A stretch of 64,000 nt of DNA from NCBI GenBank assembly GCA_053919585.1, contig CM132814.1. One strand, 5' to 3'. Origin of the DNA: Euprymna scolopes (Eukaryota). Position numbers and translations under genes: made by a program. The notes below the pieces were generated by a model that saw nothing but the letters and a program-made list of their open reading frames with translations, had not been told where the DNA came from and searched no databases. This document shows, piece by piece, positions 23,191-36,499 of this stretch. How positions within the stretch are numbered: position 1 is the first letter of the stretch; every line of letters starts with the position of its first letter.

Positions 23191-26009
23191 GAATTATATG
23201 TTGTTCATTTTAACTGTGTTACAATTTTAAGTTGCATTGAAGAAATAAAACAATGCGCCTATTGAGAACAGTATTATTTTAATCATTTTGATATTCTCAT
23301 TATTTGCTGTTAAATTATATTTTTCCATATTCAAATAATAAGTGAAATAGTTGAGGTTTTTGCTGATCCATGAAGACAATTCAATAAATAGGTATGGGAG
23401 GGAATATGACACTACCATTTCAGTGTCATGAGTTGACTGGTGAAATTAATCAAATCTTTAATTAATGAGGCAGTTTAAAATAAACTAATTTAGTTGTGAA
23501 AATAATTAATTTTCAAATTACTGAATCATTTGGATTTTAATAATTAACAAATTGTGGAAATCAGTGATAACGAAGAAAAGAAAACAAAAGAAAAGATCAC
23601 CAAATACAGATACGTTGATAGAAACGACGAAGTTGTTAATAGAAAAGCAAAATAAATTAGATGTTTAATATAAGAGAAATGACAAAAGGGTCAATAATGT
23701 GCCAGAGGAGTTTACCTGCTAACCTTTTACCAAAAGCAAATAATTCTAAGACGATATACGAACGTCTCAGAGGAAAAAAGAAAATCATTTCGATTTTAAT
23801 AAAAATGAAACCAACACAAATGTTTCGAACATTGACACGTGCGCTGGGTCAACCTGATGGGTGAATAAAGTGCAAAGTTTGAAAAAAGACCTTTGGAGCA
23901 GTCAAATAAATTGAAGCGGTCAAAGATATTTAAGCCCAGACTATTGGCTGCTCAAGAATGAACAATTACATACGAGTCTGGGGGAGGGGCGTTTCTTCTT
24001 GTCGCTTCCCCATGGCCGTAGTGTTTCCTCTTGTTCCTCCACCACGGTCGTGGTGTTAAATTATTGGTCGACAGAATGGGCAACTGCCAAGGTTCTGGTC
24101 CATGAAAAGAGGGGCACCGAATGGGATCGGTGCGTTTCCCCTTGACCGAGAACCAGTTTCCTTGCAGACAACTCCGGCGCCGACATATCTGTCATTTTTA
24201 CTACCAAAACCTTTCCACCAGTCAACCATATTCTCTCCGTAATTCCGGTATTCAACTTTATTTCTTAACCATTTTTTCACATATGTTTAACACCCATGTG
24301 TTTCAATAAATCTTGTTATTGGTGTCAATCAGCTGTTTACTACCATTCTTTTGGAGGTCTTAGATATCCTTGGCAACCCCAACTACAAGAACTGACCAGT
24401 GTTTTTTTTTTAGGCTGCATCATGTCAAGCCTTCTTTTATGAAACTATTCTGACACAACGCGGGACACGAAGAAAGGTTTGAACGGCAAAAATTCTATCT
24501 AGTAGTCACGACACCCCGACTACTTTATCATGACAATATCGGGACACCATAAACAACATCACGGCGGACATGAACAATGTCAACCTAACGTTTAAATTAT
24601 TTTTGCAGTTTCTCGTAATTGTCTTTTGCGATTATCATCGAGTTCATATTAAAGTTTCAGAGTAATAAAAAGACAATTAAGGTAGTATGACCGTAATAGG
24701 CCAGTGTAATTTCTAATAATAAATTTATATAACAAATGAAAACAACTGGTGATAATCAGAAAACTTATATTCCATAATGACTATTTGTAAAACCATATTA
24801 AACCTTTACGACCTAAATTAAGAGGTGAATAATAATAAAAAAAATATATTTATTGATGAATTTTTTATGGCGGCATACTGATTATAAGCAATGTACAGCC
24901 ATTAAATGCCCTTAGCAGTGAAAAATTTCCATTTTTCTGCTGGTAAGCTGTATACAATTTTCTCAAGGTCTTTTGGGAATAGAGAAAGGTAAGCGAGTAG
25001 TCTATGATCATTATCGTAGAAATTTACGTAAAACATACCAAAGAAACAAAGACCACCTAAATGCTAAGTACAGCATCATTAACGGTAGTGGCCAAAAAGT
25101 GGGTGTTCACTGTAGTAGAGCGTTATGATTTTTAATATATGCATTTCAGTGCAGATAATAGCTTGAAATATTTACAAAAAACTGAAAAATCAAACAGCAA
25201 ATAATAAAGGCAGCACTGTACAGGTCCTACTATTCTTTTTAATTTTTTCTCTTAATCTGGAAGTTATACCTGTACTCGATGAAAATCGCACGAAAATAAA
25301 GTACAAACAAGTGAAAAGTTGAAATCTAAAGGCTATGGTCAACATTGTTCAGATCTCTCAAACATTAGTAATTTATAAAAAATACATTTTTAGAACGGAA
25401 TTTCTTGTGGTTATGTCCTGTTATACTATTGTAGCTTAGTGTCCAAGCGATACTAATCTGAGGAATCCGTGGGAAAAATCCGAAATCGTAAAGAATTGCC
25501 AATTGTTAGGATGCACCAATATGTTAAATCAAAAATTAAAGAAGAAAAAAAAACGATTAGTAAACGAACAGATAGTATATCTGTAGTACGACGTGTTTTC
25601 AGGGAGATAAAAAAAACACAAGTGGAAGTGTTTCTGATGGGATAAAAACACACACTGTTTTCTTGTGATTTTCGACGGCGACAAAAGAGTGTGTTGTAGA
25701 GGCTAGTGTGTTTCGAAGATTATAAAATAAAGCATAATTTAGTCGAGCACGTAACTGCTGCACGAAACAAAATATTTCTAGCAGACTATTGAGTTATGAA
25801 GACGTACGTACTGCATAAAATCTGATTCATAATTAATTGGCCATTATGTAATGAATTCCATAGAAATAGCGATGAAGATAACATTCATGTGTTTCTGGTT
25901 CATTTGAGATATTATTTTATATATGTTGATATCATATCGATAAAAAAAACTTTTAATATACATTTGGTTCTAAAGAGTTTTCCACAGCCTTTATAAACTG
26001 CTTGCTGGA

Positions 26010-26050
26010 ACTACTACTGCTACTACTACTACTACTACTACTACTACTGA
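26010..26050. repeat. (ACT)n microsatellite
   Basis: Directly visible. Confidence 0.9.
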
Positions 26051-28579
26051 TAATAATACTACTAATAATAATAATTATAATAAGAATAATTATCTAATAA
26101 TTATCTATAATTATACTAACTTCTTAAATTAACATTCCTCTGTTTACAAAATAAAAACGATGTAGGTTAGCCTTTTATATTTTGATTTAAAAGTCATGGC
26201 TTTAAAATACTAAGCAAATTCTTTTTTAATAATAAAAACCTGGCCGCGTCTAAAAATATTTTTTTTAATAATTAGATATTTGAATCCTTGTGAATGTATT
26301 CAAACGGTCCTTTAGAAAATTAATCGAGCAGATAATTGCCTGACGAAATAAAATATCACTTGCAGAATAGTAAATAATGAAGACGTGGGTACTGCATAAA
26401 ACAAAATATTTGATGATTTCCTTATGAATAGTGATAATATTAACCGTGCAATCTTTAAAAATGGACTTTTACGTTCGACACCGGTATCGATTAATGTACC
26501 CAGATGTTTGTTTTTATTTTTAATGGACAATGTTTCGCAAACTTTAAGTGGGTAAAATTATATAGCAGTAATATTTCCAAAGTAAGAATGTGATTTAAAT
26601 TTTGTTTTAATAACCACGGAATTTAATAGGAATAGAAATAATGGCAGGTTAAATTTTAAAATGGTTAAACGCGTTGTGTTTTATGATTTAAAAAAAAAAA
26701 AATATTGAACATTACAAGGTAAACTTCTGGACACTTGTGTATTTTTGGTGCCGTGCTAAAATAATATTATTATTTAAAAAAAAAAACATGTTTAACATAG
26801 GGAGCGGAGGATATTTTGTATCCAGTCTGTACTTCAACTTTAAAATTAAATTTTAAAAAAATATCGCGAAAATTGAATTTAACATACAAAAAATATTTAC
26901 AAATAGCACCGTAACAAAAATGCATACGCACATGTTAATACTGTGTTTGACGAAAACATTGTTTTTAAAAGAGACTACACCCACATAATATTTTATAAAA
27001 ATATTTAGACTTTTTACTGTTGTTTTACAAAATATAAAATCGAGTTTTTAAGCGCTCGTTTTCTGACTATCTTTGTAAGTTTTTAGTGGTTCAACTTTAT
27101 TAAAGGTGTTTATTTAGAGAAAAAACAATAAGTGTCGGGTGTACCTTTAGAATCAAAAACCATGGCAAACATGAGAGGATAATGTCTTGGGAATCTCGAT
27201 AATAGTTCAAAAATAAAAAAAAATCAAGAAAATACTGAAGTAGATATAGTTTTAAAAATAGCCTCTCCTTCAAAAGAAAACAGATTTATATATAGTTTAA
27301 AGTAATGTCCAAGATCAGTGCTCGGGAAAAATTAAGCTACCGGAAGTGGACACGTTTAATTATGTGAGGAAACCGAACGGAACACAGACATACAGTCAAG
27401 ACAGGAAAAACTCAAAATATATATATATTGATAAAAAAAAAAGTTAGTTTCTATTATTATGAAAACAAAAAGAAACATCTTCTTATATTCTTAAATAATA
27501 AAATAAATATTCTATTTAGAAAAGTTAATTTAGTTTTAATAGTTATTGTGTCCACGAAAGAAAAAGGACCTTCTGCAATTTGTTGGCTGCGGACATCTAT
27601 TTCAGAGCCTTTCAGTAATCTGTTGCCAGGTGGCGCTTCTCGGTCATAAAATATGTAAAGTATTAATTTGTTGTTGAAATTCCAAAATCGCTTTAATTTA
27701 AGTATATGTTTCATAAAAAATAATTATTTGTTCGAAAAAAAAAGAAAACTAATTTACATTATAAAAATCCAATGTATCTTTTATTACAAAATTGTCTTTT
27801 TTTTAATTATATTTTCTTATGCAGGCATTTAAATAAATGATTTTACATAGAAAGACATTTTATACAAGAAAAGTTTTAATTTTAAAATAGTTTTTTTCTG
27901 TTCGGAAAAAAGAAATCTTGTTAGTTACTTACTTGCCGTGTTATTTGACCAAGAAGAAATTTAAGATATAACCACCTTGTAATGGATTCCGCCTTCATAC
28001 TGCAATGCCCTACACTAACGATTTTAAGACATCAGCACCTTTCTTGTATTAGCAAAAATAAAACAAATATTTTCTTCAAAACAATTAATCCCTAACCAAT
28101 GTCTAGCAGTTACTGCCATCCATAGCTGTTGTCGTCTCCCCACGTTTTTGGGCAGGTACGCGTCTGGCGGCTTTGAGTAGGATTGGAACAGTTATTTTAA
28201 GATTATTTTTCCCTGGAACCGAAGAGATTAAACGTCTCTGTCCACTGCGCCACAGACCCTGAAACGCAGTGGATAGTGGAGTGGAAAAAAAACTAAATCT
28301 AGTATCAAAAATGTGGTGTTTCATATATTTTAAGAAAGGTTGTGTTTGATACACTCTACTAGAGAGCCATGATATGATTTATTTTAAAATACCCGGAACA
28401 GTGTTTCATGGTAAATAAATGTTGACTGATTTTTAGAACCTGTGGTCCAATGTCAATCCATGTAAATAAAACTATTCAGCAATGTGAATAGTTTTATTTA
28501 TTGACTTACACTCAAAAGATGGTCAACGAAAGTGGTTTCATTTTTTTAGTTGTTATTGTTTGACACCAAATTCAAAGAT

Positions 28580-28630
<51 letters not shown>

Positions 28631-28841
28631 CAGTGTGACCCCCCAAAAAAACAAAACCTAAATGGAGGCCATCTAGAAAATATGCTGTTGAACGGAGAAA
28701 AAAGGCAAGATACCCTAGTGTCTTGATGTGATGTTTTAAATACAATAAACTAGGTATCACCAAAGTTTCATTTAATTCAAACAAAATACTAAGAAATGGG
28801 GCCCAATTAGAGTTAGGGCCCGTTTTTATTTGGTCAACCTG
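28631..28841. mobile_element. Tc1/mariner-type MITE (~210 bp)
   Basis: TA-flanked ends cagtgtgacc... and ...ggtcaacctg (reverse complement caggttgacc), giving imperfect TIRs and a TA target duplication. Confidence 0.7.
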
Positions 28842-28884
28842 TATAAATCTGGATGTGTGTGCGTGTGTGCGTGTGTGCGTGTGT

Positions 28885-29430
28885 GGCCACGAATAGGATC
28901 CTATATGGTTGACTATTTTAAAACCTGATTACATATAATTATAGAAAATGTATCGAGACACAGTAATGGATGTGTTTGATCTGGCAGAACGGTGGTTCAT
29001 TAAAATTGTGGGGTCTGCGTTCGCGCCTGGTCGACAAAGTATGGAAATAAAATTTAAAAAAAAAAGACGTTTACAAGTGTTTTGGATACAGATTTACATA
29101 CGAATACTTTAATAAGTATGTTTTAACTTAAATAGGGATTGTATAATGAAATTGTGGGGTCTGTGTTCGCGCTTTACCTCCATAGAATGGAAATGGGCAC
29201 ACACTTTCATAAAGACTTTTCATATCTCTATCTGCGTAGGTATACTTTGATAATTATGTTTCAGTTTGAAGAAATATGATCTAATAAAATTATGGGGTGT
29301 TCGTTCGCGCCTGACCTCCATAGAATGGAAATATGTCACAAAGTTTAACAAGGTTTTTTTTTTTTAAATAGATCCACAGAATATTGTGATAAGTGTTTCA
29401 GTGTAAACAGGTATTGTATAATAAATTATG
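28885..29430 (-). mobile_element. Non-autonomous Helitron/HINE-like repeat with ~150-bp internal subrepeats, copy 1
   Basis: The reverse complement is collinear with 39170-39625. The subrepeat core aaattRtggggt..gttcgcgc recurs at ~29005, 29150 and 29290. Confidence 0.7.
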
Positions 29431-31375
29431 GTGTTTATCTATTTCATTTTTACTTTAAATTTTCTGTAAGGAATGCTTAGAGTGTTTAGTAACTAATCTC
29501 TTCTTGGGCGGAAAAATATGAAAAAATATCGTAAAACATGAATTTAACCTGAAAAATATATTTTTAAATGGCGCGATGCTATCGCGCAGTGCCATTTTAT
29601 GCATCCTAGATCAATAGCTATTTTAAAATGTGTGTGTATTTTTCGTACGTCGCTATTTGTAATTAGGGTATTCTATTAAATTAAATCTGTACGCTCTTTT
29701 TTTCAATCGTAAAGTGTCAAAATATTTACAAAAGAGCCTTCCCTCCTCAATGTAAAAGAATATTTACAAACCCCCTTTTCCACTCGAACCCATTGTAAAA
29801 CATCATCTTGCATTATTTATTTTTTGTTAATAAATATTAAGAATCCACCGTCGATAAATCACTTAAATGTACCAGTTTTTAAGGTTTTCGAGTGTGCAGA
29901 AAACGAAAATAACATTTAAAAAAAAAACTCCAGCATACGAATAGATTCCAAGATCTGAGTAAATGATATTTTTTTTTCAAAAGTCGGAGATCACTTTTTT
30001 TTATTATAATAAAACCTGAAATTTACACCTACTTTATGGTTCAATTTTGTTTGGTGTTTTTGGGTAGAGGCTGATACACGTGAAATCGACCAATGATGCC
30101 TGGTAGCCCCCCCCCATATTTGGTGCGCAGTTTACAATAATTGTGTTCATTATAAGCTGAACCTCATAAACAAAACGTGTTTATAAAGTGGATGTTCATT
30201 GTAAGTTGCATTATTATATACACATTGTAAACGTAATGTGTTTTTTACTGCATACCAGAAAACCTATAAAAGGGAGAATTTTTAAGAATTTTAAAGATGG
30301 GTGGAATGTCGAATATATATTCATATGTAACCTTTTTATTTGTTTAATATGAAGTTAAATAAAATTTTAATTACATCCTTACGTGTGTAATAATAGTGTG
30401 ATGTATTTTTTTCAACTTGGAGGGGTTTTAATATGAACAAACATGCAAACATATGACTCGAAAACAAAATGAAACGAAATATTCTCCCATACGTCCCTAG
30501 TAATATTATATTAACAACGAAATACTATTGTGGTAACTTTATTACTGAAGTAAAAAACTTATATTCAATAAATTGTTAAGTACATAAGAACATGGCAAAC
30601 CATAGCGTGCTTTAATTTAAGCTATTAAAGGTTTGTGAATCATTTATAATATGAACAAATTGTAAGTGAAAACGTCGAATTTGCAACGCATAAAAACAAA
30701 TGAAATTAAATATTTTTTTCGAAAGCGTCCTTAATACCCGTTGAGTAAAAACGAATTATTGTCTCTTTATCTTCATTACTACATTGAAATACTATTTATA
30801 ATGATTTTTCACGGTAACTTTATTACTGAAATAAAATATAAATAATTATTATTTGTCACTGTAAATGAAGTAAATGTAAACCTCAAAGAAGAATATGTTC
30901 GGCAAAAGTCTATTTAGTAACATAAAACGACAAATAAGTACTAAAGGAGGGTGGTTGTTTCCTAGTGATTTTAGAAACATATAAATGCAAATAGTACTGG
31001 CAAAAATTTTAAAGAAGTGGGAATTATTATTTTTTCCGGAGATTCCGACGTTTGTAATCGGGGTATTTAATGTGTAATTATTCGACAAACAGAAACCATG
31101 TTTATAAATACACCCGGTGTAGAATAGAGGCTTAACACTTTTTTAAGAATATAGCGGATCATTTTAGGTGCTTCCTCTGACGAGGAACATGACGCTCCTA
31201 GGAATAAACGTAATGTTTTAATATTACGGAATAATGTGTCTTTAATAGAGTTCTATTGTTATAAAATGTTATTGCAAAATGCGTAAACCTAATAGATTAT
31301 ATGTGGAATCTCTTGGTGTAAACCTACGGTATTTTGGTCCAAAGAGGTTAAAACGGTGCCTCTTGTAAAATATAC

Positions 31376-31430
<55 letters not shown>

Positions 31431-31454
31431 TAAGTTATAAAATATACATATATA

Positions 31455-31695
31455 TATTAAGTTATAGAATATATATGACGATTAAGCTACACTGAATATT
31501 CCGCGTTTCATCCACACTAGCACTCTTCAGGCTTATTCGCATAAGCCTGAAGAGTCCTAGAGTGGATGAAACCATATATATTCTATAACTTACTAACTAG
31601 CTCTACTACGTATTGACCACTTTTTTAGTAAATACTTAAAGTTTACGCATAAATCTATACTTTCGTACATTAATTTTATGTGAGTAAATTAAGTA
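31455..31695. repeat. Small palindromic-head repeat, copy 2
   Basis: 32-bp arms 31505-31536 / 31541-31572 (2 mismatches) plus outer arms taagttatagaatatatatg / catatatattctataactta. The tail is similar to 7585-7715. Confidence 0.85.
31481..31536 (-). ncRNA. Type I hammerhead ribozyme (minimal, palindromic stem III)
   Basis: Minus strand: UAAGC-CUGAAGA-GUGCUAGUGUGGAU-GAAAC-GCGGAAUAUUCAGU-GUA-GCUUA. This gives stem I UAAGC/GCUUA, the conserved CUGANGA and GAAA core and a GUA cleavage triplet. Stem II is intact (GUCC..GGAU) in the mirror arm. Confidence 0.72.
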
Positions 31696-32128
31696 TATAT
31701 ATATATATATATATATAAAAATTGTCAGTCTAGGACATTCTAACAGTACATCCATATAAACTTATGGGTTGTTGATTCCCAAAAATGAGAACAGACTTTA
31801 AGTGTACTCTATGATTTGAAGTAGTACATTTTCTTGAATCTCGCTTTTCTGTAAGTGTCTTGCTTGTCAACTTTAATTTGTAGCGGCGACATATATTTCA
31901 AAGAAGCTAGTAAATGTCCTGTGTGTTGTTTTCTTTTATCGAAGTATTTTCTCCCCTTAGTAGTCTGTTTTATACAAAACACTTCATAACAGAAGACCGG
32001 AGATGATAATAAATATTTACATATAGACATTCACATACAAACTCAAAATACAATTTATATACGACTTGGTTTCGTCGCCATAGACTCTGAAGCGTACGGA
32101 ATCTAGGTTAAAAAGTAGTATGGAAGGG

Positions 32129-32182
<54 letters not shown>

Positions 32183-32574
32183 GATTATTTTTAAATATTG
32201 TTAATTTCAATGTTAACCGTTTTCGTTTAACGGGTTGAAACTGTTATGATAAACACCGAATGAATATTAGAATAAACACGCATAAATGTAGAAATAAAAT
32301 TATGAAAAAATAGGAAATAATAAATAATAGGGAAAAAATTGGAAATGAACACAAAAAATACAAAATACGAAATTAAGATTTTAAACAGATATTTTGCTTA
32401 GCAGAGCACCCAAGATGGCTGACTTGTAACAACGTGGCAATAGAAATTTCTTTTTCCCACAAAAACCAGGTTACTTTTTGTTGTAAACCACGAATGGAAA
32501 CATCACCTGATGAGTTGTTGAGAACAGGAAATTTTTATGAACACATAAAAACAGTGGTTGCTGTTTTATTTTTT

Positions 32575-34840
32575 ATATACGAAGAATAACTACTTATCAA
32601 GGTCCGGAGGCCACTCAATACTAAGAGTGATCAGTGTAGCGTAGTTTATGGTACTATATCGTAGCATTCGTTACCAGTGGAAATTTGGTAATTATGATTA
32701 ATTAAGGGGATGGTTCAAAAAGAATTTGTTCATGTTCAACGGGAGGACGACTAAAGTGTATTCAATTGGAAAGCAGAAAAATCAGACAAAGTTTTACAGG
32801 CACGCAGCTATTAGAAAAATGTTTTGAATAAACGCTCCGATGTATGCACAGATAATGATTAGGGGAAATTATTTATAGTGGTTTCAAATAGGCTGATGTT
32901 TATCGTGAAAGTTTTGCGAGGCGGGCAGAGTTTGGAGCTAAAACGAACATTTTTCATCAAAAAAGACGATAAAGAAGAGGCATGCTCGTGTGTTTTGTCT
33001 GACAAGGATTGCAGGGAAGGGAAAAGGGCATCCTCTAGTAGGATACGAATTTTATTTTGATCTCTGTAAAGGTAAGGTCTTTCTAGCACCTCCTGCAGAG
33101 ATGTGGGTTAGGGTTAGGCTTAGACGTACCCGGCTTTTATAAAGGTATAAAATTGAATCAGCAGTGAGATATATAATAGAAAGGTAGAATGGCCCCAATA
33201 TTTTTCCAGCGACTTTCGCAATGGATTTGATGTCCATGTTCCATTGAAGACCAGGCGTTTAGGTCAAGATTGTAAGAACATGGAGTATCCTCAAGATGTT
33301 AGCCATCTATTTCAATTGATGCCGGTTTGGGATAAAAGTGTCGATAATGTAAAACGTGCAGCTTTGTTTTAGATGCATTAAAAGTAACCAACCACATGTT
33401 TCCCCATTGTACAACATGCTCAAGATCATAGAAAACAGAACCATAAAATAGTTCATCATAAACGGCTATTCATGTGTTGCCATAGATGGTAGTGTCGTCA
33501 GCATAAACGTCTACGATTTATCTTAGGGTGTGACTGGGAAGAGCATTTATGTAAATCAGGAAGGCAGTTGGATCCAGAGAGACTCCACCATTTATACTGT
33601 TCATTGACAACATCTCTCATTGTCCTATCAAAGAGATATGATGTAATAATTGAGTAGGCATTTCCAGTTATACCGTAGCTTAAGATATTGTGAAGTAGAC
33701 GTTTCTTCCATATCCTATCAAAGGCCGTAATATGTCAAGAACAATTGCCCTAAAAAAGAAACCTCTATGAAGAGAGTCGCTAATCCACTGAGATATAACT
33801 CTTTGAACATCTGCTATAGATCTAGAAAAACTGAAACCATATTGCATGTCAATGAGGTTATTTTTGCTGAGCTGGTTGACTACTAGATTCCAGAAACGTA
33901 CTCATAACACATGAGGCACAATAGACTTATAAGTATGTACTGAGGGAAAGCTGACCAGCTACCTGATTTGTTAAATCAAGACCCTTTTTTATATTTTACA
34001 AAACTCGTTGAAACCAATCCACTGCTTAGCTACCTTTGAATATCTGAACTGAGCATTACCCTTTTTAGTTTGTTGTTTGCAGACTTGAATGCGGTTTTAG
34101 TTACAGTAGATTTATTACGGTAGAAGCAATGAAAAAAAAACTATTTTTGTGACAATGGAAGTTGCACATTCTGAAGAGTACCACGGCTGCCTATAAGGTT
34201 TTCGCTGGAATTTTTTGGAATGGATGAAGCGGTCTATACCTACAATTTACTGTTGCGTAAGGGCTGATAATATTTAGAACACATGGAATGCAGAGATAAA
34301 GGTACGGAAGCTATCTCAGTCAGCAACGAGGCATCGATATTCGATACGATTGGCGAGTTACGTCTGAGGATTATTACATTTCAACTTTATATTTACTGAT
34401 ACAATCGAGTAGTCAGAAGATCCCAGTGGAAACAATAGAAGCTTAACACAGCTCAAGACAAGTGAAAAAAATATCTAGGAATCTTGCATACTGACCCTCA
34501 TAGTCGGACACGGGGGTCGGTTCGTTAACAATCTTAGTGAGATGATGCGCAATGGAGAAATTGTGACATAACCTCTCTGCATCATCTGTTTTGTTTGAGG
34601 GAGCTAAGCATTCCACATTGTTAATATTGAAGTCCCCAGAAGTGAATGTTAGCCGAAGGATTAGCAGACAGGATATAGTCAATTTTCTCAGATATGCTCT
34701 TAAAGGTAGTAAATCCGCTGTTGTTGATACGATAGAGGGCAGATATAAAGGCAGTATTGTGAATAAGCGCAAAAAGAGGAAACCGCTATTCGCACTAAAG
34801 ACAAATAAGGTATTTACATCATTCAGTTCCTACGTGATAT
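32575..34840 (-). mobile_element. Longest CR1-Zenon-like LINE copy (APE endonuclease, RT, 3' UTR), decayed
   Basis: GDFN...LTKIVNEPT...FLDIFF (APE, ORF 34443-34772), VYADDTTIY at ~33483-33508, and ILYLYKSRVR...LFPSLQSLS. The 3' UTR matches the other two copies. Confidence 0.88.
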
Positions 34841-35009
34841 GAAGATCCTTATTTTAATAATTTCTATATTATTAAAATAAACCTGTAACTTATAATTCAT
34901 TAATTTATATTTTCCTTCTTTCTGCCCTTCAACTACAACGCCCGAAAATTAAAAAAAAATATTCATAAAATATTTTTCAATTCCCCCTCCCAGCTAATCT
35001 ATCTATCTA

Positions 35010-35086
<77 letters not shown>

Positions 35087-35399
35087 CCGAAACGACCGTA
35101 CAGATAATTGACTTTGTTGTTGTTCCTTCTTATGAAACTGATTTTTAATTTAATNNNNNNNNNNNNNNNNNNNNNNNNNNNNNNNNNNNNNNNNNNNNNN
35201 NNNNNNNNNNNNNNNNNNNNNNNNNNNNNNNNNNNNNNNNNNNNNNNNNNNNNNNNNNNNNNNNNNNNNNNNNNNNNNNNNNNNNNNNNNTGTATTTGTA
35301 TTTATATATGTTTATATATGTATATATGCGTGTATTTTTACGTATCATTGATATTTGCATGGCTTAATAGCTTCTAAAAAAAGATCCATATTGTTATCG

Positions 35400-36200
35400 G
35401 ACTAATGTAGATAGACAGAGTATGCAATAGAAATGCTGGGATATTTATATCTGCTGTGCGGAAGTACACGTTTTAGACTTCGCTTGGACGAGCCTATGAA
35501 AAGACACCAGTTTTTTTAGGAATATGCGGCAAATTAAGGGGCGTAAACAAGTCAGTTGTGTTTGTACAGTTTCACAAATTGTCCTACATGTCGAAAACAA
35601 AACGGAGTTTTTGTTTTTATTCCTGAAACAATTGATTCTAACATCTTCAACTGTTTTAGCCGGAAAGCAAAGAGTTCTGACTGCTTTTTTTGACAGATAC
35701 AAATCACGAGCAAGATAATTCAGCTCTTCTTGCCTGATCCAGGGTGGCTTGTTGCCACTTGTTCCTAAATATGTAGACTGAATATCTTCCAAGGATATTG
35801 ACTCGACACAATCGTCCCTTGAAGGTATTCTTTAATCAGATGAGAAAAAAGATCCTTATTTACTGGAGGTACAGAAAGAGCATCTGAATGGGGAACGGGC
35901 CTCATAGCAGATCTAAAGTTGGGCTATTTGATATTTTTTTCATAGAAGATACATTGAAACAAGTTATATCAGTTAAACAAAAATAATAATCATCTGCATG
36001 GTTTCGCAATTACTCCATTGGAATAGGGTTTACAACAGATACATGGAGACCAAGACTTACGCAGATCACCAATTTTACAGTCAAAATAGTGTAGGCACTC
36101 GGTTCCTAGGAGGAAGGTCAGGGTTCGACGCTGTTCGACTGGTATGAAATCCCTACATACTTAAAAGAAGGAATTGGCCTTGTTGAGGCATCCTCAAAGT
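35400..36200 (-). mobile_element. DNA transposon transposase N-terminal remnant, Chapaev3-like (CMC superfamily; family assignment tentative)
   Basis: YLHYFDCKIGDLRKSWSPCICC...HADDYYFCL...PNFRSAMRPVPHS...IRQEELNYLARDLYLSK match the YFGCKIGDQDKSWAPHICC / DDCYFC / SAIRPVPH / QxELNDLxRDL motifs. Confidence 0.7.
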
Positions 36201-36425
36201 TTTGACATGCGTGAAGTCATTGCAGAATCTGAAAATATAACAAAGTAAAACGAAATCATATGCAAGGCAATACAATGTGTATTAGAGCAACCCAAAAGAT
36301 GTGTAATAAGATAGTGAAGGGGCACCTGCCTAGCCTGCTAGACAACGTATTACAATGTCTGCCAGAGCACTATCGTGTGTGGAGTGAGACATGCTGTGTT
36401 AAATGTCAACCTCTGTATTAATATG

Positions 36426-36484
<59 letters not shown>

Positions 36485-36499
36485 AGGGGAGAGGGGGAG

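Noticed and set aside
23940-24560. Possible gag/protease remnant on the minus strand (LIDT)
   Set aside because: The motifs are too weak to support a call.
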